Assembly: GCA_964016885.1 (NCBI GenBank)
Contig: OZ024748.1
Coordinates: forward strand, 10,354,001 to 10,418,000
Length of the DNA: 64,000 nucleotides
Direction: 5' to 3'
Source of the DNA: Eledone cirrhosa
Taxonomy: Eukaryota
This document shows, piece by piece, positions 25,284-38,011 of the stretch (positions are counted from its first letter, which is position 1; each line of letters opens with the position of its first letter). Under the pieces are notes generated by a model. The model was not told the origin of the DNA. It saw nothing but the letters and a program-made list of their open reading frames with translations, and did no database searches. The position numbers and the translations under genes are program-made.

Positions 25284-25960
25284 TCTAATGGCTTGGGAAG
25301 GACATGGGAGTGGTGTCACAGGTCTCTAATGGCTTGGGAAGGACATGGGAGTGGTGTCACAGGTCTCTAATGGTCTGGGAAGGACATGGGAGTGGTGTCA
25401 CAGGTCTCTAATGGCTTGGGAAGGACATGGGAGTGGTGTCACAGGTCTCTAATGGACTGGGAAGGACATGGGAGTGGTGTCACAGGTCTCTAATGGTCTG
25501 GGAAGGACATGGGAGTGGTCTCACAGGTCTCTAATGGTCTGGGAAGGACATGGGAGTGGTCTCACAGGTCTCTAATGGTCTGGGAAGGACATGGGAGTGG
25601 TGTCACAGGTCTCTAATGGTCTGGGAAGGACATGGGAGTGGTGTCACAGGTCTCTAATGGACTGGGAAGGTCATGGGAGTGGTGTCACAGGTCTCTAATG
25701 GTCTGGGAAGGACATGGGAGTGGTGTCACAGGTCTCTAATGGTCTGGGAAGGACATGGGAGTGGTGTCACAGGTCTCTAATGGCTTGGGAAGGACATGGG
25801 AGTGGTGTCACAGGTCTCTAATGGTCTGGGAAGGACATGGGAGTGGTGTCACAGGTCTCTAATGGTCTGGGAAGGACATGGGAGTGGTGTCACAGGTCTC
25901 TAATGGCTTGGGAAGGTCATGGGAGTGGTGTCACAGGTCTCTAATGGTCTGGGAAGGTCG
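25284..25960. repeat. 41-bp minisatellite, about 16 copies, in the last KANSL2 intron
   Basis: Unit TCTCTAATGGTCTGGGAAGGACATGGGAGTGGTGTCACAGG. Confidence 0.97.
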
Positions 25961-26834
25961 TGAGAGCAGTTCCCCTTCCACCACCTACTTCCTCCTAGCT
26001 ATACCATTTTTAAAAAAATGACCAGAAAAAAATAAGGTATGAAAAGCTAAGGTGGTGATGCTGGTGACACAACAAAAAAGATAACTAGTTCACATTGTAA
26101 GGTGGTAATGCTGGTGACACAACAAAAAGGACTGCATCCACCCTGTTAGGGAGTTATTCTGGTGCCACGATAAAAGGCATCCTGTCCAAACTAATGGGGT
26201 TGACATTAGGAAGGGTATCCAGCTGTAGAAACCTAGCCAAAACCATTTGTATGAGCAAGACATGATCACCTAGCCTCACTAGTCTTATAACATAACCTGT
26301 CTAACCCAGGCAAACATAGAAAATAGATGTTAAACAATGATGATGATTACCTTGTGTTTAATCTTCTAATACAGTAGATGTGTGGCCTTGCAGTTAGGAT
26401 GTTGGACTTATAATGTTGTGGATTTAATACCTGGTCCAGGTGGCACATTGTGTTCTTGAGCAAAACACTTCATTCAACATTGTTCAATTACACTCAGCTG
26501 AAAGTGAGTACTGATAATTAGCTGGGGGTTAACCTTGTAAAAGACTGGCGCCCTGTCTGGGATAAGCACCAGCCTGGTGGGCCTCATGGCTTTGTACTGC
26601 TGTAAGATACCTCATAAGAGGCTGGTTAAACCTACATTGGTGTGAGGATGCTGGTTTAGCTAGTTCTGAACATGACTTCCTAGGGAGTTCTGCAGATGAC
26701 GATTAAATAAACTTTTATTTTTTGTCACATTTATGATACTTTGCTGTATGCTGTAGAGCCTACATTATCCACTAAGATAGCAATTTCTATTAGAGAATAG
26801 ATTCAATTTCATGTTGCTTGCTGTGTACTCATTA

Positions 26835-27050
26835 TTAACCCTTTCGTTACCATAGTTTTAATGTGTGCAGCCTGTGTTTCAGTTAATTCTGAAAATTACC
26901 AATATATTAACTAACATCACTTGTTATTTAGATGTAAAGGTTCTTACATAAATTTGTGATGGAAGATATAAACTTAAATATCAACTCTTTTAAGACAACA
27001 AACAGCTTTTTTTTTTTAATATCATAAATCTATGGTATCAAAAGAGTTAT
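26835..27050. mobile_element. Degenerate piggyBac-like MITE (second family)
   Basis: TTAACCCTTTCGTTACCATA ... TATGGTATCAAAAGAGTTA terminal inverted repeats. Confidence 0.55.
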
Positions 27051-28460
27051 TGAAATACAAGATTTGACTGCAGGAATTGTATCTATAGGAATACACCTAT
27101 AATATAGTTTCCTGCTTACTTTGTACCAGTTTTTACTGATATATTTGCTTTGTTTACATGTAGCAGTATTCACTGATACCAATATATGGTATTTTTTTTC
27201 AGCTATAGTAAATTTAATTTATTTTCCTTTCAAGGTTAGTATAATGTTACTATATATGATTTCATACCTAATTCCAGTCTCTCTCTATTATTATTGTATT
27301 AACCTGCACAAAATAATGTTTTCTCTCACCCAAAACCACTTTAAAAATTCACATTCGTTCAGTGAATGATGAGCGATACTATTAAATTATTAAATTTTTA
27401 CTTGAATGTCAGCAGCTATGATACATTGATATGATCGAAAACTTGTCTCATATTTTGACTTTCCAGTTTAGAGGATTGACATTATTACAACAGTTTTATG
27501 GTGTAAAGGTGTCAAATTAAGTCATTACAGCATCAGATAGAATAACTTATGGTATTTATTCTGTCTCTCTTCTCTCTCACTTGAATTCTCACTGAGATGA
27601 ACTTTGCTTTTCATCTTTTCAAGGCCAATAAAGTATGAGTTCTGCTCATTTGATTGGCAGAATTGTAAGTATACTGGAGGCAGTATCTGATCCCAGTTCT
27701 TTTTGTTTAGAAGGTAGTGTCTTAAACAGCACTGCTGCCAAGTTGTCAACCTTTGGAGATTTCCATACTTGTGTTGTTTATCTTGCATTAAAAAACAAAC
27801 TGAAGTTTCCTGGTGTAGTGAGGAAGCCTTCATTCGTTTGTGTCCAGGCAAGGCTCGTAATTCTGGTCATCTCTGGTTGGCTGGCTGACAAACTTGTACC
27901 ACAGCTCTTTCACAGTTTTGTGAATAGTATTCTACAACACTAAACGCTTCTTTCTTTCTCTCTTGCTCTCTCTCTCTCTCTCAACTCTTAAGATGTAATT
28001 ACTGTCAAGTGAAGAATTGTGGCTCAAAGCGCTACTCTTTGGTCATGTGACTTTTTGCTATTTTACATCAATTCCCTATGCTGTATATGTTACTTTCTAA
28101 CCAAGAGGTATCAGGTGTAGCTAGCTTGAGGTCAGTCTGGAGCAAGCAGCTTTGTTTCTTGTCTATCTTCATAACACAATGGCCATAATAATCATAGCTA
28201 TCATCATATGCCTGTTTTCTAAGCTGATGTGGATTGGATAATCTGAGACTAGACTGAGCAGAGAACCACTTCTTGCTCATACATTCCATTTTGGCATAGG
28301 TTCTAGGGCTGGATGCCGTTCTTAATGCCAACTACTTTACTGAGTGTGTGAGTATATTTTATGATGGGAAATAGTTTAGTTTGAACTTGTGATCATAAGT
28401 CATTCTGCTAATATTGATACTAATAAAGTTGTTTATAATATCTAATATTATATCTTTCAG

Positions 28461-29153
28461 ATTGAATCGGAAAAGACACCAAGCAAGTTTGAAAACAATT
28501 CAGTTGCTCTCAACAAAAAAGGTTATCAGAATAATCCATTATTGAGTCAGTCATTGACATTTGACCACAATTTGGATAGTACTGCTAAACCTACGCCTTT
28601 AACCAGCAAACTAGAAGGCACCAAACACCTTGTGTTGCAGGCCCAGGGGTCAAGCCCAATGTTGTTGACTTCTAATGTACAGCCAGGACATCTGCAGCAA
28701 CTAAAACAGATGCAGCTGGCTCAGCAACACAAACTGCAGCTGAAAAATCAACAGTCGCAAGCTCAAACTCAGACACCACAACCTTCTATGCTGAAGATGC
28801 AGTTGCAACCGTCGAAGATTTTGCAGAGTGCTTCATTGCAACAGCCGACCAAGTTGCTACAGAATCGGTGGGTGCACCAAATGAAACTATCCCACAGCCA
28901 ACAGATGTTGCAGTCACCAGTGAGAATGTCACAGCAGTCACAATCAATTGTGAAGTTATCAACAACTCAGAACCCCCACAAGCCGCTGTCATCTGCATCG
29001 ACAACCCCTCCAACTCAACAGGCAGCGTCTGTACTGAAAGGGGCTGCCTCTTCTGGACTAATTGCTCCCAAATCAAAGCCGGATATAACTGGTTCGTCTT
29101 CTCCAGTTGCTCAGCAATTCCTTGATGACAAAATTACTGAACATACAACTTAA
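28461..29153 (+). CDS. KANSL2: KANSL2 terminal coding exon (Q/S/P-rich tail)
   Basis: ctttcag|ATT GAA TCG in phase 0, in frame with ORF 28542-29153, ending TAA. The summed CDS is 1809 nt (602 aa plus stop). No homology recognised for this exon. Confidence 0.75.
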   Translation: MESEKTPSKFENNSVALNKKGYQNNPLLSQSLTFDHNLDSTAKPTPLTSKLEGTKHLVLQAQGSSPMLLTSNVQPGHLQQLKQMQLAQQHKLQLKNQQSQAQTQTPQPSMLKMQLQPSKILQSASLQQPTKLLQNRWVHQMKLSHSQQMLQSPVRMSQQSQSIVKLSTTQNPHKPLSSASTTPPTQQAASVLKGAASSGLIAPKSKPDITGSSSPVAQQFLDDKITEHTT

Positions 29154-31497
29154 TGTTTGTGTGTGTATATGCATGTATGTGTGTATGTATATATAGATAT
29201 GAGTGTATATATATAGATATGTATCTGTATATATATGATATATATATAGATATGTATCTATATATAGATATGTGTGTATATATATGATATATACAGATAT
29301 GTATCTATATATAGATGTGTGTATGTAATATACATATATCCCTTTTCTTGTTCTCCCTCTCTTTTTCTATCTATCTCTCATTATCAGCAACTGTTGGTTG
29401 CATCTTTCTGTTTGCTAATTAGTTTTATGCTGAAAGCAAGGCAGTGATTGCTGAATTTTCATTAGATCCATTGAAGCCTTTTTCTAATAATTGAAAAGAA
29501 CAAATTTTTATTTATAAAATAAAATAAAATAAAATAAAAACAAAACAAGTAGTTTGCGGTGCTGTAGATCTTCTTCCAATAGTTTATAGGACAGGGAGTA
29601 AGTAGAATTGGTGGAACATCAGCGTGGTGCTGTGCAGGGGAAGTTAGCAGAATTGGTGGAACACTAAGACTGAATGTATTTAATTCAACATCCTTCTTCT
29701 TTATAATTTTCAAGTCCTTTTGAGGTTAACATATCTTTCATCTCTTTGTGTGTGTGTGTGTGTGTGTGGAGGAGGGGGGGGGGGGTATATAAAAAAAAAA
29801 ACACCAGTAATACAATTGTTTCTCAAGAACTGTTCTTGGAGCAATTGGCCTTTTAATAGCAGATGGTGGGAATATTTGACCAAATATGGTGTGGTTTTTA
29901 AAGGATTGTTTTATTTTATCAATCATCTCATCCCTTTCCTATTCTGTCATCTAACTTTAACTGTCATGGACTATTCCTGAACAAACTTCTATTTTAAGCT
30001 TTTTATTAACACTTGCTAACATGCATATTAGATCTGGAGCCTCTAACATTAAAACCTCTTAAGAGAGCTCTGATGAGATGTGACCTCAATAGGCTTGCTA
30101 AACTTATCCTGGTGTGAGACACTACTACTACTAGCAAGGCGTTTAGGACTTTTGCCTTATTCCCTAGCAGAAATTAAAACCTTAGACATTTTGTCCGTGT
30201 CTGTAGCTTCAGAGTTGTGAGCTCTCAATTTGGAGAAGTAGTGATTCTACCTAGAGTGACTCCCTGATCTCCGAGCTGTGCACTCTTCTGAGTAATGTTA
30301 CTCCAAAGATCCTGCAGGAGAACCCCCGTTTCAGCCATTTGTATTCGCGATCATTACTCAAGATTCATGATCATATGTAAGGGTTGGCATGAATATTAAA
30401 TTAAAAATAGCAAGTTTGGCTTTTATGCTTACCAGAGTCGCTGAACAAATTTTACAGGCAAACCCAACCAGCAGAAGACTCTGAGCATGGTGGTTGGATA
30501 ACATCCATGAGCTCAGCTGGTCTTATGTTCAGATACAGCTGGATCTGCTGGGAGGTTTGCTTAAGGACTCTGCTCCCACGACCCTCCCAGGAATAAATGG
30601 TCAAACCAGTTCAAAATTTACACTTGTGTCACTAGGATGTTTTCTTTTTGCTGAATGGACCCTGTGATTTTATATTTATCATCTTTCTGCTTTGTACTCC
30701 TCTTTCCCAATTATCCCTGCTCCCTGCCACTAACATCACCTGGTGAGTGTGTGTTTTTAACTGAAATATTTCATCTTGATGCCAGGTAAGAAGTTAGTTT
30801 AGCCACAACAGCTACAGGCTTTCTTATTCTGCATTAGAAATATTTCATTGGATTGTTTGAAAAAAGAAAAAATATATATAGAAAATATATTTGGCATGAA
30901 TAAATAAATGAATAGTTCTAAATTTCTAGATATATAAAAGTAAATATTTAGATTTTTTTTTTTTTTCTCTTTTTATATATTTTTTTTAACCCTTAACCAA
31001 CTGTAGTTGCTATGAAAACCTCTCGACAACAATATAAATACAGTTCTTGTACCAAGAATTAACATTCCACTTTCTACTAATCAAAACATGAACAAAAAAA
31101 CTTATAAAATACAAAAAAAAAAATTTTTTTAATGTTGCCCTTTTTTTTTTTTGTGAACCTCACAAATTAAATTTGAATTTTTCATCATATTGATCTAAGT
31201 TATTTCAAACTATTTTTGAAATGTGAAAAAATTTGTAATATTTTTTTCTTTTTTTTTCTTCAAAGATTTGTGTTTGAAGCAGACATATATTGCTCTTTCT
31301 TCTGTTTTACCAGTCCTATGGACTTGTAATACATACAATGCTATATGCATGTGTGTATATATACATATATATATATATCATGCGTGTGTGTATGTATATA
31401 TATCATAAAAAAAAAGGATGGCAGTAAGTTTTATCTACTATTAGAGCCATCATTTTGATATATAATATATATTTATTTGACTCTACATTTCATATAG

Positions 31498-31533
<36 letters not shown>

Positions 31534-32714
31534 GATACACAACAGCATATTACTCTATATATATATACATACATCCACATAATTCTTTTTGGTGTTGGTT
31601 GTTTGGCTGCGGCAAATTGGCAGTCGTTTAAACGTCTGATAGAATGCTTTGCGGTATTCGTCCCACCTCTTTGTATGCTCTGAGTTCAAATCCCGCCAGA
31701 GTCAACTTTGGTTTTCATCCTTTCGAGGTCGATAAAAAAAAAAGTACCAGTCCAGTACTGGGGTCGATTCTTCCTCTATAGAAAAAATTGGCTGTGTTCA
31801 GACCTGGAGGTTTGGGCTCCGCCAGGTTTAAATGTGCCCTAGACACACCGTATGTCGGTGCCTCTACGACGCCACAAGGAGTTATGGGATCTTTATCCTG
31901 TGTGTGTACAGATACACACATGCATATGTACATCATACAGAATTTTGAATTTTGTGAGCTGATTTTTTTTTTTTTTTTTTTTTTTTTTATTTTTTTTTTT
32001 TTAACCTTGGGCTCTCTTAAATTGATCTGTAAAAATATTTTCTATTTCTGTTGTGCAGCTCAATCTTATCTGCTATGCAATTTTTATCTTTTATTTTCTC
32101 CCCATTTCCCACACTCTTTTAACACAGTATCTTTCCTTTTTCCCATCCATTGAATAAGCTGATATTTTAAATGAAACTGCAATAAAGCCAATTTTCTGGT
32201 GATCCCTGTTCATTTATTTGTGCTTTTTTTAAAAATATTTTGTTTAATTAAGGTGCAAACATGGCTATAAGGTTCAGAATTTCACTTCAATTTAAATAAG
32301 AACCCTTAAAAGTGGGTGGCTATGTTTCATAGACCAGAGCTCATATTGGTTTGGTTGGTGAGGTTAAACCAAATTTGGGTGTCTGATTTCATTGGCAGGT
32401 ATTTCATCTCAGTGTACCTGCATCACTGGCTCCCTAAATGTTCAATTGATGTGATCTTGGTTCGAGCTGTCTGCCTCTGGGTAGAATTAAATATCTATAG
32501 AGGTGGTTGATATCTTCTGCTACCTATGTGATATAATTAGCAGTAGGGGAGAGTGCTCTGAGATAGGACGAAAGAAGTTTAGGGAGCTACCACCGCTGTT
32601 GATAAAAGGCCAGCTGTAGAAACCAACCTTAATACATCGTAGAACTAGTAGTTGTCTTGTGTAGTTTGGTATTAAGTGTTATTCAATTGATTAACAAAAA
32701 CGAAATATATTTTC

Positions 32715-32726
32715 AATAAATTTATT
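32715..32726. terminator. Poly(A) signal AATAAATTTATT (AATAAA on both strands); the minus copy is about 50 nt after the DHX38 stop
   Basis: AATAAA at 32715-32720 (+) and TTTATT at 32721-32726 (AATAAA on -). A further + strand candidate for KANSL2 lies at 32181-32186. Confidence 0.5.
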
Positions 32727-32776
32727 AGAAATGACTTAATAACTTATTCACAAAACACCATCTCCCTTTCACATGT

Positions 32777-32858
32777 TCAGAGACCAAACTTTCCTGCTGC
32801 TCTCCTAGATGACCAGGGGGTCGCTGGATCTATTCTTCCGGGAGTGGCAATATTTGAC
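32777..32858 (-). CDS. DHX38: DHX38 terminal coding exon
   Basis: gaag|G. Encodes SNIATPGRIDPATPWSSRRAAGKFGL*, with the conserved TPGR...FGL C-terminus; TGA at 32779-32777. Confidence 0.93.
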
Positions 32859-33777
32859 CTTCAATAGAAACAAAAAATTATATTTACGATGTCGGGGGGA
32901 GGGGGGTATTTGTGTTGGCCAGAAGCAAAGTTCTCTTTCCACTGAGATGTGCTGGAAATAGCAGCCAAATGTGCTTCAAATCACGAGACAAAATAGCTGA
33001 TGGTATTGGTTTCAGTTCACATCCTGTCATGGTTAACTTTGCTTTTCATTTTTTCAGGGTCAATAAAAAGAAAGTACTAACCCTTTAGCATTAACATTGT
33101 ATTTTCATGGTTAACACTTTTTCTCACATAATATCAAATCTACGAGATTTTGAGAGCAATACCTTATCAGTATGAGTGGCAGGTTTGAACAGAAAGCAGT
33201 TAGAGAATTCTGGTCAGATGTGGCCAGTTTAAATACTAAATGGTTAAATGAAGAAAAAAATTGGATAATGTAGTCCTAAATATGCTAATGGTAAGGAGCT
33301 GATCATCAGATCAGAGCAAAGAAACTACTTCCACAAGTCTTTCCATTGCTGATATCTGCTAATCACAACTCTTGGCAAAAAGCAGCAGAATTTGAACACA
33401 CAACCAGATCAGATATTGCAAAGCCTCCCATCTGACTCTCTTACAATTCGACAGCTACTCACCATCATTTGTATAATATCCATTTTAACACATGGGTTAG
33501 ACAGTTACTATATTTATCAACTCTGAAAGGAGGACTCGAGACGAGAACAGTGAACCAATAATCCAACATGTTAACTCTTAGATTGAACTGGTTCAGACAT
33601 GGAGGAAGACTAGAGAAGAGAAGAGGTGGTGTAACAGAACCTCACAAAGGAGATGATAAAAGAAAGTGGAGAGGACTCATCTACTCCATGACAGCATGGT
33701 AAACTGGAAGTAAATACGATGATGTATAGGAATATGAAATAATGAATACTGAAACACTATCTGGTTGTCGTAGTTAC

Positions 33778-33896
33778 CTTTTAGACCCGAGGGCGGTATG
33801 CTCCTGCTGCTCCTTCCTGGCTTTGATCAATTCATCAGCTCTTTTCATCTCATCTTCCATTGCTGTCATCTCTTCCTTCACCTGTTTCTTACGATC
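33778..33896 (-). CDS. DHX38: DHX38 exon
   Basis: tgcag|GAT...AG|gtaact. Encodes DRKKQVKEEMTAMEDEMKRADELIKARKEQQEHTALGSK. Confidence 0.92.
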
Positions 33897-33984
33897 CTGC
33901 AATGAACCATAGATTAGTTACAGAGCATGAAAATAAAAGAATAATCCCTATAAATATTTATATAGTCACTATAACCATTTATAA

Positions 33985-34140
33985 GGTACCCAGGGGTAGA
34001 CCCCGAGCAAGATGGTTGGATAACACGAGTTCGATGGTCATGCTTGGGGATCAGTTGGAGACAGTTGCTTCTGACAGGACCCACTGGAAGGAGTGTTTGG
34101 GGACTCTGCCCCCACGACCCTCTCAGGAAGAAGAAGATAA
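33985..34140 (+). mobile_element. RTE LINE 3' fragment (PRGRPR..W.D / LPPRP type); a related degenerate copy lies at about 30460-30600
   Basis: Encodes PRGRPRARWLDN...ASDRTHWKECLGTLPPRPS. It is flanked by a duplicated ATTTATATAGTCACTATAA (TSD-like). Confidence 0.7.
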
Positions 34141-34895
34141 CCATTTATATAGTCACTATAAATATCTTATATAAACATAGTCAGAATTGTTATCAGAAAA
34201 AAACTAAAATTATTCTAAGAACTTGAAAACATTGTTACATTAGAATTATCTCCCTTATTTCAAGCAGCTCCATCCCTTTTTTTCCATTTCCAGGGGTACT
34301 TTACCCGATTTTCTCAACTATTATTTATAGTGATTGACTTTTATTATTAAGGTCATTTGCGTTGGGACGCTCACATTCAAATTTCAATTTTTTTTCCCCA
34401 GTGCTTGTTAAGTCAACCAGATATTTACAAACTTAAAATCTTCTAAGTATATGGAATTGGTGGGCAGTATCTCTTTAGTCAACAGTTAATACACTCATTT
34501 GACATCAGAGAAATGTGGGGTTTGATACCTTGCAAGCATTTCTGTCTACTTTTTTCCATCTCCTGGGGTTACTTTCCTCAAGGACGCTTCAGTTTGTGCC
34601 AAAAGACAACTTCTCCTCTGCACTCGATAGAACATATGACCGTATGTGAGCAAAAGGCAGAGTGGACGGTGTAGTGGAAAATGCAGTGTAAGTGTCAAGA
34701 ATTTGATTCATCAGTTTGCCAAGCTGGGAGGGGTGGCACATAATTGAAAGACAGGGGGAAATATTGTAGGGATAGCTTGAGGTGCTAAATACTCTGGAGC
34801 TCTGTATTATAGGGGTAGTAAATATTTTTTTTAAATCTAACAGTGGATGGAGTGGGGAAGGGATACTGAAAGTACAAATGAAATATTTAACTGAC

Positions 34896-34991
34896 CTGTC
34901 GTGATTTTGTGGAGTCCTTAATTGTGTAAAACATTGGTCCCATTTCTGCTAACCACTGGCCATCTACAGCTGTGACACACTGCATGTATTC
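34896..34991 (-). CDS. DHX38: DHX38 exon
   Basis: tatag|GAA...CAG|gtcagt. Encodes [32 protein letters not shown]. Confidence 0.96.
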
Positions 34992-35775
34992 CTATAATAC
35001 AAGGACAGACAGTGTTGAGGTTATTGACATTTTGTAGAAGTGGTAGTGGTGGTGGGAGTGGTAGTAGTTGTGGTGGTGGGAGTAGTAGTAGTTGTTGGAG
35101 TGGGAGTAGTAGTAGTAGTTGTGGTGGTGGTTGTGGTCTTGTTATATGTACTGTAATGACTAAGCTGGTGATTGTGATGATGTTGAATTTTGTAAATCTT
35201 GGGTCTGTTTTTTATTTTTTTTTTGTAGAAGTGGCCATATTTGGGTTTTATAAAATTCATAAAATTATTTGTTTTCTTCATTGAAGAGTGTGTTGTGTCA
35301 ATGATCGATACGTATTTTGAGTAGTCGAGAAATTACCAGGTATTTGTGGCAGTTAGGTGTCTCTCAACTTGCTAGAAATAAGTTACAACAAAGACAACCT
35401 GTCTAGCAGAAGGGTTACTCCATAAATAAAATACAATAAAATAAATCAAAGTTTGTTGTCAAAAGCTTGGTAAGGTACATGTGTGTTGCTGTCGACTGTT
35501 TTTGATTTAAAGGGACTTTGTTTATGATGTTATTGGGTCAACATTGTTTTCATGCCAACATGAATTGTGCAAATTGAATTTGTATACGAAGCCACCTTAA
35601 CCTACCACTGTAGTCTCCATTGTTAGTTAAACCCATTCCTACATCATGCTGAAAAGTTAGCTATGGTGAGAGCAACCCATCTAGAAAAAGGGTAACTCAA
35701 TAAATGAAATATAATCAAAACAAGAAAATTAATTAACAAAGCTTATGCAAGAATTCCAGTGTATAATTACTGTAC

Positions 35776-35901
35776 CTTGGAGGTCATAACGAGTTCATGA
35801 TAGACAATATAGTCAGGGTTATAACCCATGCCAAACAAGGCACTAGTAGGGTGCAGGTGACAAGGCATCCCAGTTCGGCAGTTAACATATTCTCCAATGC
35901 C
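35776..35901 (-). CDS. DHX38: DHX38 exon (OB-fold)
   Basis: ttcag|GGC...AAG|gtacag. Encodes [42 protein letters not shown]. Confidence 0.97.
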
Positions 35902-36066
35902 CTGAAACAACAAAAAGAAACTGTAAATATCATTGTTGTAATAATATGTATTATAGAAAATATGAAATATATATAATATATAATATATTATATATATCAT
36001 AAAGAATGTGAACTGTATATAATGTAAAAAATGTGATATATATAATGTAAATATAAAATGTAAAGA

Positions 36067-36106
<40 letters not shown>

Positions 36107-36500
36107 GTTTCTACTTTTGGCACAAGGCCAATGTATTACTGGTACTTTATTTTATCGACCCCGTAAGGATGAAAGGCAAAGTTAACCTCGGCGGGATTTG
36201 AACTCAATATATATAATATAAAGAATATGTATATATATAATACAAATATATAATATGGAGAATATGCAATATAAATATAAAATATATAATGTAAAACAGG
36301 AAATATATATTCTTTTACTGGTTTCAGTCATTTGACTGCAGCCATTCCTGGCAAGGGATATAACTGAAGGAGACTGATATGTTATGACAAAGAATAAAGG
36401 TGGAGGGCACAGAGTGGGGTAGTGGAAACATGATGGGGGGGGGGGGGTCCAGTCCACTTAGCTGGAAAAAAAATGAATACCAGCAGTAGCTGAGGCTTAG

Positions 36501-36621
36501 TATTAAAGACCCTGGTTCTACAATACAAAACTGTTTATATTAAAGACCCTTGGTTCTACAATACAAAACTGTTTATATTAAAGACCCTTGGTTCTACAAT
36601 ACAAAACTGTTTATATTAAAG
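36501..36621. repeat. 38-bp tandem repeat x3
   Basis: TATTAAAGACCCTTGGTTCTACAATACAAAACTGTTTA. Confidence 0.9.
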
Positions 36622-36759
36622 TTGAATTCTCTACTAGGAAAATTAGTCTACACATAAACGTTACCAAGACAGAGTATATGTCACTAAACGAAGAAGATGG
36701 AAATCTTGTTACACTGGACGGTGGAATACTAAATTGAGTTCATGATTTTCTATATTTGA

Positions 36760-37720
36760 GCAGCTAGATAAGTTCATCAAAAACGGACATTGACATTAGA
36801 ATTATCAAAATGGAAAAAAAATGGAAGTCAGATCTACCCAGAAAAATAAAAATATCATTCTTCAGAACATCTGTTGAGCCAGTGTTGTTGTATGGATCAG
36901 GTACATGGACCCTGACACCAGCACTTGAGTGAGTGTTGCTGTATGGGCCAGGTACATGGACCCTGACACCAGCACTTGAGTGAGTGTTGCTGTATGGGCC
37001 AGGTACATGGACCCTGACACCAGCACTTGAGTGAGTGTTGCTGTATGGGCCAGGTACATGGACCCTGACACCAGCACTTGAGTGAGTGTTGCTGTATGGG
37101 CCAGGTACATGGACCCTGACACCAGCACTTGAGTGAGTGTTGCTGTATGGGCCAGGTACATGGACCAGACACAAGCACTTGAGTGAGTGTTGCTGTATGG
37201 GCCAGGTACATGGACCCTGACACCAGCACTTGAGTGAGTGTTGCTGTATGGGCCAGGTACATGGACCAGACACAAGCACTTGAGTGAGTGTTGCTGTATG
37301 GGCCAGGTACATGGACCCTGACACCAGCACTTGAGTGAGTGTTGCTGTATGGGCCAGGTACATGGACCAGACACAAGCACTTGAGATGAAACTAGATTAT
37401 GTATACACTAAAATGCTTAGGGTTGTACAAAACATAAACTGGCAGCAACCTATTACAAATGAAAGTTTATATGGAAACTTGCCCAAGATAACAACTACAA
37501 TTGCTCAGACATTGCTGGAGAAATAAGCAGGAAGTTATACATAGATTACTATTGTGGAAACCAACTCAAGGGAGACACAGTAGAAGACCTGCTCGAATCT
37601 TCATCGATTAACTCTCAGATGATACAAACCTCTTCAGTAAGGAGCAGTTGTCAGGAGCAATGGAAAATCAGGAATTGTGGAGAGACTTTGTCAGCAATGT
37701 TCGACTGTGGTTACAATGAC
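36760..37720 (+). mobile_element. Degenerate RTE-like LINE C-terminal fragment (second family) with an internal 51-bp tandem array
   Basis: Reads WKSDLPRKIKISFFRTSVEPVLLYGSGTWTLTPALE-[array]-MKLDYVYTKMLRVVQNINWQQPITNESLYGNLPKITTTI. Confidence 0.82.
36881..37385. repeat. 51/50-bp minisatellite, about 10 copies
   Basis: Unit GTACATGGACCCTGACACCAGCACTTGAGTGAGTGTTGCTGTATGGGCCAG. Confidence 0.97.
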
Positions 37721-37798
37721 TATAATGAGGTTTATCTAAAAAGTTTCCATCATAATTGTGTGTAAGAACTTGTGTTAAGTTATGTTCCAAACTCCAGA

Positions 37799-38011
37799 TT
37801 AACCCTTTAGCATTTACATTACTCTATATATACTACTATATTTTCATGGTAAAGGCTTTACCTCACGTAATATCTTAAATAATATCAAATCTATGAGATT
37901 TTGATAACGATACCTTAACATAAGTATGAGCGGCTGGTTACAGCCGGTTTGAACAGAAAGGGGTGAGAGAATTTTGGCCGGATATAGCCGGATTAAATAC
38001 TAAAGGGTTAA
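37799..38011. mobile_element. piggyBac-type MITE; further copies at 19154-19434, 33077-33247 and 59813-60020 (inverted)
   Basis: TTAA-CCCTTTAGCATTTA ... TAAATACTAAAGGG-TTAA, i.e. 13/14 TIR with TTAA TSD. Confidence 0.85.

Noticed and set aside
28786-29125. Overlapping alternative-frame ORFs in the last KANSL2 exon
   Set aside because: Short, expected from the codon composition, and without independent support.
30062-30228. Possible C/D snoRNA or hammerhead (GAGAGCTC-TGATGA...GTGA-GCTCTC)
   Set aside because: The D box is imperfect, there is no GAAA core, and it adjoins a decayed RTE fragment in the presumed 3' UTR.
36764-37380. Three overlapping 159-199-aa minus-strand ORFs
   Set aside because: Antisense read-through of the 51-bp array.
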